Shown: positions 54,176-64,000 of the stretch, piece by piece
How positions within the stretch are numbered: the stretch's first letter is position 1
How the letters are laid out: every line of letters starts with the position of its first letter
Source: Eledone cirrhosa
Taxonomy: Eukaryota
DNA: 64,000 bases
Direction: 5' to 3'
NCBI GenBank assembly: GCA_964016885.1
Contig: OZ024740.1
Span: 180,172,001 to 180,236,000 of the forward strand
Notes under the pieces: generated by a model
The model's database searches: none
The model's input: only the letters and a program-made list of their open reading frames with translations
What the model was told of the DNA's origin: nothing
Translations under genes and position numbers: made by a program

Positions 54176-54559
54176 TCTATTATATAAATGTGAAATGGGC
54201 GAACATTGTCTGAGAAAAGAGACAAAAGGGTAGTACCAATGCTCTGATTGTCATGAAAATTTACACATTAATGTAAATTGTGCCGTGGAAGCAACTGCTC
54301 TACATGGGGTTCTCTACATTGAAAAATGTGCACTCTATGGGAAGAAATACGGTTTGTTTTCTATCGATTTTACCTTCCCATAGTTTCTTACCTTTAATCG
54401 CTCCGTTGCTCTTCCCTCTCTCTATAATAGATAATTCCCCCTCTATATAATTTAACCTATTTACTCTCTCTGTCGCTCTTCACCCTCTATATGTCATTAG
54501 AATAGCAGAGAGAGATAGGCCGTTCGACAGAGAAAGATACAATTAAAGTGTTAGATATT

Positions 54560-54598
<39 letters not shown>

Positions 54599-57500
54599 CA
54601 GAGAGACAGAGATGGATCAGCAAACTTTAGTTAACTTTCAGTAACGTATTATATATCTACGATCTGTCGTCGCTCGCATAGCACACACACACACACACAC
54701 ACACATACGATACTTATATAAAGATGAGCGTCGTGTGTATGTATGTATGTATGTATGTATCCTACACACCTCCCTATACTATTTAACCTAAAATACTTTT
54801 ATATCCATCTCTTAGTGAAGCATTTCCAATTCATTATACGTAAACAATGACATTAATGTTTCACTTTTAGCTTAGCATTTTACATTCAATGTCTCCCTTT
54901 TTTAATGCAACGTTTTATTGAAACGACTACGTGCTCTCAGTGATTCAGTATTTAACCTAAAATACTTTTACACTGCTTCTATAGTATCGTTATACGATAT
55001 GCCTAATCGAAAACGACCAGTATTTTCTTCAAAAAGAAATAAAGTCCTTAAATTGCGAAGAATGGAGGCGCGTGCACAGGTACGTTCTTTATCGATATTC
55101 TTTGTTATTTTGCTTCTTTAATCCTCATAAAGATATTATTTCTCTTTTGAGAAGTTGTAAAACAGTAGAGGCCGAGTTAAAGCATTCAGTTTTTTTTTTA
55201 ACTCCAAGAGACATCGGATGCAAGGGAGGCGTATCTTACTGCCCAGCGCACTCGCGAGCAACGCTCACGTCTCGAAAAGACTCAGGAGGCAAGGAAGACC
55301 GTATTTCTGATCAGCGCACTTGAAACCAACTCTCACTTCACGACGAGACTCCAGAGGCAAGGGAGGACCGTCTTTCTGACCAGCGCACTCGACGTCAACG
55401 CTCACGTCTCAATGAGACTCCGGAGCCAAGGAAGAAAGGCTGGCAGGTAGATGGCGTAAACGTCAAGAAAATGTTGCTACTACAAGGAGCACTTTCTGCT
55501 TAAAAGCTGGCTTTAACTACAATCCTTCTAATGCTTACACCAATCACCCGGATTTGCCTCTTGGAAAAATGGATAAGGTATGTGAGTCCTGCCGGGTTAA
55601 GAAATGGGTCGGTGAGGCTCCAGTACTTTGCTGTTCCGGGGGCAAATTTCGATTTCAGGCGCTGGCTGATCCTCCTGATTTGCTGCAAAATCTTCTGATT
55701 AGTAACTCTGACTACGGAGTGAAGTTTTACAAAAGCATTTGGAGATACAATTCATGCTACTCTATGACATCATTTGGGGTAAGGGATGGCAGAAACAACA
55801 ACAACAACAGCAACAACACCAGTGTCGCCAGCACTTGTGACAACAACGAAGAAAGAAAGAAAGAAAAACTTTACACCTACAAAATTCAAGGTCAGTGTTA
55901 CCACCTAATGGGAAGCCTTCCCCGACAGCTAGGCGAGGAGCCTAAATTCTTCCAGGTATTCTTCATGGGCGAGAATGATGAGGAAGTTTCCCAAAGATGC
56001 AAGATCAATTCATCTGTTGACGGGAACATTGTTGCGGAACTTCAAGCTATGCTCCATGCAACCCATCTGTACGTCCTTGACTTGAAGACTGCTTTGGAGC
56101 TTTTGGACTCTAGACATGAGATGAAATTGGTCATCAGAGCTGACAGACGACCTGCGAGTGGGCATCCTGGATGTTTCAACGCTCCAACTACCAACGTGGT
56201 AGCAGCAATCATGTTTGACGAAAACCATGGTGCACGTGACATTATCATTCAGCATCGCAATAACAGACTGACGTTCGTTGCAGAAACCCATCGGTCGCAC
56301 GATTGCTTGCAGTACCCTCTTCTTTTTCCCTACGGCGAGGACGGCTACAACTTCGAAATTCCCACAATTGATCCGAAAGGGCTTGCTGCCTTAGCATAGA
56401 AAGTTTCCAGCATGGATTTGTATGCATACCGACTCATGATCAGAGACGGTAAATTCAACCAGCTACTTAGGTTCAAAGATCTAACAAACCAGTTCTTGGT
56501 TGATATGTACGCAAAGATTGAAGCGGAACGTCTTCTGTACATACGAACCCATCAAAGAGAACTAAGAGGGATTGATTACGCTCATCTTAAGGATGCTTTG
56601 CAGCGTGACGGTGACGCAACCACTGTTGGGCATCAGGTGATCCTTCCTTCAAGCTTTAGTGGCTCACATGCATAAACGGACACGGGATTTCGCATTATAT
56701 TCCGCATGATATTACAGCCAGTCTTCAAGGGAAATAAACTAATGTGCTTGTTGAAAGATAAGGCCATCTACGAACAATTCAATGCTTGGATGTATACTGT
56801 GGAATGGCAGAAGCAGGCTCTTCCACACGCACATATTCTTATTTGGTGCAAAGAACGAATCAGACCTACGGACATTGATCGCGTTATAAATGCAGAGTTG
56901 CCCGACAACAAATTGATTTTCAGCTTTACAACATTGTCCTGGCTAATATCATACATGGACCCTGTGGTGCCTTTAACAGCCAAAATTCATGCATGGAGAG
57001 GAACAAGTGCACCAAACACTACCCCACAGCCTTCACCAGGGAAACTTGCACTGGGGTTGATGGCTACCCCATCCACCGGCCGCGTGCTCCCGATTGTAGT
57101 GGCCTTTCGGTTAGGATTAAGAAGAAAGCGAAAGAATACGATATTGACAACGGCTGGGTGGTGCCTTACAGCCCTTTGTTTGCTAAATTATTTAATGCTC
57201 ACATTAATGTGGAGTCCTGCACATCTGTTAAAAGCATTAAATATATCTGCAAAAACATCAACAAAGGCGGCGACATAGCGGTGGTTGGCCTCAGTGATGA
57301 CGTAGAATCAAAAGACGAAATTACTCAGTTCATGATGGGAAGATACATTTCGTCCAATATGGAGGCTTGGCGCATTTGTGGGCTTGAAATTCACCGGTGC
57401 TCTCCAGCAGTTGTTAACTTGGATGTTCACTTAGAGAATGGTCAACGCGTTTATTTCCCTGAGGAAGCCGCATCGAGTGCTGCCCAACAGCCACTTGAGA

Positions 57501-58332
57501 CGACGCTTACAGCATTTTTTAAGCTATGTTCTGTCGATATGTTTGCAGTTACCTTTTTTTACGTCGATGTACCTACCTACTTCACTTGGTCGAACAAAAA
57601 ATGGCATCGGCGGCGACAGGAGGAAGAAGGTGAGGATTGGGTAGATGTCTTCAGAACTAATGCCATCGGACGCATGTACAATGTTCATGCGAACCAACAA
57701 GAATGCTTTTTCCTGCGAATGTTGCTGCATCAAATCAAAGGACCCAAGTCATTCGCCGACCTAAGACTTTTAGATGGCCACATTTGTTCCAGTTACAGGG
57801 ACGCGTGCGTGAAGCGCGGGCTACTCGAGGATGATGCCCACCTGAACGTGGCGTTGACAGAGGCTGCTGCGTGTAAGATGCCTCGAGAAATGAGACGTCT
57901 GTTTTGCGCAATGCTATTGTTCTGTGGCATAGGTGAGCCCTTTAAGCTTTGGGAAACGTATAAGGACATCATGTCAGAGGACATCCTCCGTAGACTACGA
58001 GCAGAAGATCCAGCGATTGGCTTTCCTTTCAACGACGCGGTGTACAATGAGGCACTCATCGACATGGACAACAATCTTAAAGATCTTGGAGTTGGCGGTG
58101 TATCTGATTTCGGTTTGCCACAACCTCGAAACATTCAGAGGCCTTTAGATGTGGGGTTCATGCGTGAGTTAAATTACAACATCGACAATATGACACATAA
58201 GGTAGCTCAGGACGAACCCAGACTTTTGCATGACCAGAGACGGGCATATGACAGAATTCTCTCCAGTGCCAATTCAAATGAGGGGCGGCTATTTTTCCTG
58301 GATGCTCCTGGCGGAACAGGAAAACTTTTCTC
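54176..58332 (+). mobile_element. Helitron with degenerate RepHel, 3'-truncated at helicase motif I
   Basis: Candidate 5' TC end at 54176 (uncertain). Motifs include a Zn motif (CESC...CCSGG), YKIQGQCYH, LQYPLLFPYGEDG, HUH motif VEWQKQALPHAHIL, HGPCG, VVPYSP, SIKYICK and Pif1 Walker A FLDAPGGTGK. Confidence 0.92.
55220..55435 (+). repeat. ~69-bp coding tandem repeat (about 3 copies; ETPEAREDRLSDQRTRRQRSRL-like) in the Helitron N-terminus
   Basis: CAGCGCACT at about 55244, 55312 and 55381. Confidence 0.8.
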
Positions 58333-59026
58333 ATCCACCCAGAATGAGGGAGCAGCCATTGGCGGGGGCATATTTGGTGATGTTGCCAATGTATTAATGG
58401 TATGGTGGGAGAGAGGACTCAGAAAACTCCTCGAAGAAAACTCCATAGACCGTGTCATGTTGTACTCTCGTCACGTAGACGATATTAATATAGTAATAAG
58501 AACACATCCACAAGAGAGTACTAATACACATGAAATAGAAAATAGCACAATGGCGAGCATCGAGCAGATAGCTAACTCCATACACCAGAGTATAACTATA
58601 ACTGTTGACTACCCTTCCAAACACCCTAACAATAGACTACCAGTATTATACAGGGACCTATGGATTAACACTATAGAGGAGAGGGCCGAAATGCTCCACT
58701 CACACTATGCCAAAGACATGGTCCCCAAATACATGATACTCAAAATCTCAGCCATGTGCAATAGTGCTAAATTTAATATTCTGATCGCAAACTTGGTAAG
58801 AGTGATGAGGAATGAGTCCCGCAAGTGCAATCCAACAAAAATGGAAAGACACATCCAACACTTCAGCAATCGCATGCAGTCCTCTGGCTATAACAATAGA
58901 GACAGAATCGGAGTATACAAAGGACCCACGGAGAAATATGAGACCCTCATAGACATGAAAGGACATGAAAGGTATCTGCCCATTATACAGGAGCAAATTA
59001 GGGAAATCCACTTCATGATACGATAA
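56993..59026 (+). CDS. 677-aa open chimeric frame: Helitron Rep C-terminal part and Walker A joined in frame to a PLE RT fragment (probably non-functional)
   Basis: ...FLDAPGGTGKLFSS|TQNEGAAIG...YSRHVDD. The junction is near 58333. Confidence 0.55.
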   Translation: MERNKCTKHYPTAFTRETCTGVDGYPIHRPRAPDCSGLSVRIKKKAKEYDIDNGWVVPYSPLFAKLFNAHINVESCTSVKSIKYICKNINKGGDIAVVGLSDDVESKDEITQFMMGRYISSNMEAWRICGLEIHRCSPAVVNLDVHLENGQRVYFPEEAASSAAQQPLETTLTAFFKLCSVDMFAVTFFYVDVPTYFTWSNKKWHRRRQEEEGEDWVDVFRTNAIGRMYNVHANQQECFFLRMLLHQIKGPKSFADLRLLDGHICSSYRDACVKRGLLEDDAHLNVALTEAAACKMPREMRRLFCAMLLFCGIGEPFKLWETYKDIMSEDILRRLRAEDPAIGFPFNDAVYNEALIDMDNNLKDLGVGGVSDFGLPQPRNIQRPLDVGFMRELNYNIDNMTHKVAQDEPRLLHDQRRAYDRILSSANSNEGRLFFLDAPGGTGKLFSSTQNEGAAIGGGIFGDVANVLMVWWERGLRKLLEENSIDRVMLYSRHVDDINIVIRTHPQESTNTHEIENSTMASIEQIANSIHQSITITVDYPSKHPNNRLPVLYRDLWINTIEERAEMLHSHYAKDMVPKYMILKISAMCNSAKFNILIANLVRVMRNESRKCNPTKMERHIQHFSNRMQSSGYNNRDRIGVYKGPTEKYETLIDMKGHERYLPIIQEQIREIHFMIR

Positions 59027-59465
59027 CCAGAGATACCAGAGTGTCATGTTCATGGATGCTACGCCGGGAGGGAAATAGGCTAAGCAATGTAGAATGGCCC
59101 CAAGAAAGACCCATCTGAAGATTAAAGTGGTAGAAAAGCCAGGAACTACCATAAAATCCCTGATTAGCAAAACATACCCCTTTAAGAAAACCCAATGTAC
59201 AAATAAGAAATGTGTTAGATGTAGAATTAATCCGCAGATGAATTGTAAAACTAGAATTGTAGTCTATAGCATAAGGTGTACAGAGAGTACTTGCAGACAT
59301 TACAATACAATAGGAGGGAACATAATAGTACCGCTGATGATCTTGCAGATGTGCAACGAAAGAACTTTGATAGGCTACATATATATATTTATATCTGTAT
59401 TTTTAACCGTTGGTCAATCAATGATAAACATTGATTGCCAAATAACTTAACGGTGGAGATATAAA
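58333..59465 (+). mobile_element. 5'-truncated Penelope-like element (same family as 520-2290) with an internal deletion in GIY-YIG and an HHR remnant at about 59328-59373
   Basis: Colinear protein and DNA similarity to the reverse complement of 530-2210. Confidence 0.9.
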
Positions 59466-59656
59466 AGATACAGAAGCGAAAACCAACCAAACTGAGTGTT
59501 TTCTGTTATAATTTCTGGCAATATTACAACAATATGATCCTTCCCCTAGTAAAACCATATTTGCTTCGACAAACCATTTCATATTAAAAACCTTGCAAAA
59601 CTAATTTATATATATATGTATATATATATATCTATATATATATGTATATATATGTG

Positions 59657-59707
<51 letters not shown>

Positions 59708-59917
59708 GAATTACCTATTCTACAACCTCCCTCCTCCACTTCATACACTATCTTTAGAATCTGCTATATACATATCACTTTCAACGCTTGACCGCTCCAC
59801 TCACTCCTTTATTGTTCTCAGACAAGTTCACCTACCCCTACCTCCCACCAAATGCCATGATAGACTTATTTGTGTTTACAACAAATTTTAACCAACCCGC
59901 TTGACAACTACAATCTT

Positions 59918-60010
59918 CCCCCTTGACAAGTTCGGCTATTTATTCACCAGGCTAAACATTCTAATTTAGTCAAAAAATAGCCGTCGAAACGGCTTGAGCT
60001 CTGCCGTCGG
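59918..60010 (+). ncRNA. pLTR type I hammerhead, U3-A8 variant with a branched stem II
   Basis: CCCCC-TTGACAA-GTTCGGCTATTT...AAATAGCCGTC-GAAA-CGGC-TTGAGCTCT-GCCG-TC-GG. Confidence 0.75.
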
Positions 60011-63000
60011 ATCATACTTTTTCCTCTTGTCACTCTACTAATTACTCTGGTTACTCTGGTGCATTATGGTCCATTTTGGTTCCTTATCACAATTCCTTTG
60101 TTATTTAGCTCGTATCTCTGTAGTAGAGCACTCTCCGACTCTACCATGCCATATCCCGACTTTTCCACCCAGCTCAAGTTTCTTCACCCGCACGTGGAAA
60201 ACACAACATCGACTTCTCCACCAAGAACATTCCCGTTCCACCGAGAAAACTTTACCTTCGGATGCTTACACAAACCATCGACCTTTTTGCGAAAAGACTA
60301 AGATGGAGAACTTTTTTCTACGATAGAGACCGCGACAATCAGGACTTCGACACCAAGGTGAGATTCGGATTCAACACCTACAAATCTTCCCCTCCGAACC
60401 CTATGCTCTCACACTTGGAGAACGACCTTTTCCACCTGATCAAGAGCATTACATTCAAACCCAGACACAACAGATTCCTACAACAACTCCGTAGCAAAAT
60501 AACAAAGTATGAAAACACCAACGACACCATGGTGCACTCGGTCAAAACTGGAAACCTCTACTTCGTCAACCATGACAGATACCACACACTGATCAGGAGC
60601 ATGCCTCAACTCCACCTATAAAAAGGCTACCCATTCAATTATTGAGGACAGAAAACGAGATGGACAACTAACAAAATCCAGCCTCAGGGTCGCCGACCGC
60701 ACTGAACCCCTAGACCCACGGACTCCCTACTTCACACTGAAGGACGACAAATCCGACTTCGACAGCAAACCATCCATTAGGTGTATAAACCCAACGAAGT
60801 CAGACATAGGGAGAATCAGTAAAAAGATCCTAGACCGAGTTATACCAAAAGTTAAGCAAAACGTGAGACTTAGCCTATGGGTCAGCACCCAGGAAGTAAT
60901 CTCATGGTTCAGGAATATGGAGGACAAACGAGACACAAAATTCATCCAGTTTGACATAGAGAGTTACTATTCATCTATTACCATATCGCTCCTTACGGCC
61001 GCCTTGGACTTTGCCGAAACACTCACGCCCATCACTGACCAGGAAAGAAATATCATTCTCTACGCCAGGAAGACAGTCCTACTTTTCGACAACTCCAAGT
61101 GGATAAAGAGTGCTCTCGACTCCTCTTTCGACGTTAGTATGGGCGCGACGGATTCGGCCGAGGTCACAGATCTTATAGGATTATTCCTACTAATTAAACC
61201 AACGAAATGTTTCCTGCATTCGGCGGTGGATTGTACCGGGATGATGGGCTCCTCACCCTCAAAGGGTAAAACCCCAGTAGTACAGACCGAGTCCGTAAAC
61301 AACTTATCATCTTCTTCCGGGACTGGGGATTTAATATCACCCTACAGACCTCCCTAACCCGAGTGAATTTCCTCGACGTTACCCATAACCTCGAAAATGA
61401 TATGTACTACCCATACAGGAAACCATACGACAACCTATACTACATCCACCGCCGGTCTAACCATCCTAGAAACATCACCAATATGCTGGTTAAAAACATC
61501 TTCCTCCGCATATCTCGTTTGTCCGCTAATAAGCAGATATTCGACGAACCCGCGCCTCATTACAACCAGGTCCTCAAACGGAGTGGCTTCCGGTAGGAAA
61601 TCTCCTTTTATACAGCTTCCCTTAGCGGTACCAGCAGGCGAACCCGCCGCTCACGCAACGTAACGTGGTTCAATCCTCCCCACAATGCCGAGGTGGCAAC
61701 ACCTATCGGGAAAATCTTCTTTAGACTCCTCGAAAAACACTTCTCACTACAACACGGCTACCACAATATAATCAACAAAAGCACCATTTAAGTCTACTAC
61801 AGCACCACACCTAACTTCGCACAAAACATCGTCTTCTCATACAACTAAAAACTCAGCCCCTATGGAAGAAATAACCTAGACATCAGTGGAGAGCCGACCA
61901 GGAGGTTTAACTGCCCTGATAGATCTACGTGCTCCCTCAACAACAAATGCCGAGAACCTAACGTGATCTACCAGTGCAACGTGAGGACGGACACCTCCAA
62001 CATAGCTTATATAGGATTAACCGCGTGCGACTTCAAGACCCAGCTCTACCAACACCGACATACTTTCCGAAACCCGGTCCGGCGACATGCCACTATACTT
62101 TCGGGCCACATATTGGACCCCCAAGATAATAACATAACCTACAATCTCACTTGGAGCTTACTGTCCAGAGCTAACTCTTACACGGGAGGTCGCCGTCCGT
62201 GTAACTTATGCTCGGAGGAAACATTACAAATGCTGTTTTCGAAGGTCCAACTCCTAAACAAGAAAGACGAACTGGTAACCGCATGCAAACACAGATAGCG
62301 TAGGACTTACATTGCCCTCAAACCCCATAACGACCCGGGTGGGTAGACAAGGGCTGATACCACCCCACTTGCCGAATATGTTAGGGGAATCCCCAGCTTA
62401 CTTAGGTAGATGTATCTCTTTTTCTTATCCTCGTTGCCTTCTTCTTCCCCCTGTCTCACCCTATCACTTCCTTCCTCCCCTATTGTCTTCCTCGACTACT
62501 TTTCCCCTTTCGCCTACCCCAATGCAGCCCATGCGGCCTCTGTAGCATCAGTTCCCCCACCCCTGTAATTTTAAGATAGAATTTGCCGAATACGTTTTAC
62601 TAACTACTTATAGCAGATGTGTTAAACACCTTCAATTTTGTATCAGTTTTGTTACTACTCAATTTCTACAAGTTTTTTCTCTTCTCAACTTACTAACCTG
62701 TAATTATAAGATAGCATTGTGATTTTTTTCTTCATTTCTCACTATCTAATTTTATATATATTTTTATATATTTCTATTATCTTTTATTGTCTCCTACTCT
62801 CATTCGATTTACCTATTCTATAACATCCATCCTCCACTTCATACACTATCCTTAGAATATGCTGTATACATATCAGTTTCAACGCTTGATCGCTCCACTC
62901 ACTCCCCTATTGTTCTACAGGCAAGTTCAGCCATCCCTACCTCCAACCAAATGCCATGATAGACTTATTTGTGTATACAACAAATTTAAACCAATCCGCT

Positions 63001-63031
63001 TGACAACTACAATCTTCCCATATAAGGAAGT

Positions 63032-63128
63032 ACCCCCTTGAGAAGTTCGGCTATTTATTCAGCAGGCTAAGCATTCTAATTTAGTCCAGAAATAGGCGTC
63101 GAAACAGCTTGAGATCTGCCATCGGGGT
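63032..63128 (+). ncRNA. pLTR type I hammerhead, U3-A8 variant (second copy, stem III partly mutated)
   Basis: ACCCCC-TTGAGAA-GTTCGGCTATTT...AAATAGGCGTC-GAAA-CAGCTTGAGATCTGCCA-TC-GGGGT. Confidence 0.7.
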
Positions 63129-63728
63129 CATACTTTTTACTATTCCCACTCTACTTCCCTAAGTATTGAGTACTCTGGTGCATTATGGTCCATCTGGTTC
63201 CTTACCACAATTCCTTTGTTATTTAGCTCCTATTACTGTAGTAGAGCACTTTCCGACTCTACCACGCCATATCCCGACTTTTCCACCCAGCTCAAGTTTC
63301 TTCACCCGCACAATGCGAAAACACAACATCGACTTCTCCACCAAGAACATCACAGTTCAACCGAAAAAAAATTACCTTTGGATGCTCACGCAAAAAATCG
63401 ACCATTTTGCGTAAAGACTAAGATGGAGAACCTTTTTCTACGATAGATACCGCGACAATCAGGACTTCAACACCAAGGTGAGATTCGGATTCAATACCAA
63501 CAAATCTCCCCCTCCGAACCCTATGCTCTCACCCTTCGAGAACGACCTTTTCCACCTGGTCAAGAGCATTAAATTCAAAACCAGACAAAACAGATTCCTA
63601 CAACAACTCCATAGCAAAATAACAAAGTATGAAAACACCAACGACATCATATATGCTGCCAGGTGCTGCTAATAAGGTAGACATGGCCTGGGCCAATACT
63701 AGCCGAAACCTATCAAAGTTATCAAAGT

Positions 63729-63759
<31 letters not shown>

Positions 63760-64000
63760 GCAAAAGTTCTATTTAAATTGTTGGGATACAACAAACAAAT
63801 ATTTTTATAACTGATATAAAGCACTCGCCAAGTATTTGGAGTAAATATACGATATTAATAAATGGAAACTATATTTAACATGATATCCTTGAAATATGTA
63901 TAATGAAATAAATATGGTTTTATAAATATAGTTTCCATTTATTAATATCGTATATATATATATATATGTATATATAATAAATAATTATTGTTTCTACTTT

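Larger units (their letters stand above)
59704..63650 (+). mobile_element. Naiad-like Penelope element, near full length, with a partial-tandem terminal repeat (59704-60530 versus 62802-63650)
   Basis: RT motifs FIQFDIESYYSSI, SFDVSMG...AEVTDLIG, (frameshifted) LYRDDGL, NFLDVT and SNHP; linker WFNPP; GIY-YIG IYQC...YIGLT...FK...H; C-terminal CNLC..E...LLNKKDEL...CKH. Confidence 0.88.

Noticed and set aside
61900-62298. Selenocysteine recoding in the Naiad-like ORF
   Set aside because: Cys positions in the region I inspected use TGC/TGT with no in-frame TGA. Stops elsewhere look like decay.

Overview
AT-rich animal genomic DNA full of microsatellites, with no recognisable host gene. The SINE family and overall repeat content suggest a cephalopod (octopus-like), but this is inference. 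Nearly all informative sequence is mobile DNA: Penelope-like elements (PLEs) of three families, L1/Tx1 LINEs, R4/Dong-like fragments, Helitrons, a mariner and tRNA-derived SINEs. The standout feature is an 8.3-kb, near-perfect 310-bp tandem array (3444-11747) carrying 26 complete minimal type I hammerhead ribozymes (HHR), i.e. a retrozyme-like array. It is arranged head-to-head, its inversion point falls on the ribozyme cleavage site, and both outer ends abut (TA)n. Three other short tandem families (about 319, 316 and 274 bp) appear to share its RNA scaffold, with compensatory changes, but carry different modules in the same stem: a U3-A8 variant HHR, a degenerate HHR, or a tRNA-like cloverleaf. 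About a dozen further HHR motifs or remnants and repeated head-to-head insertions at (TA)n point to a family of structured-RNA parasites mobilised by PLEs. All structures were read by eye; none were computed.
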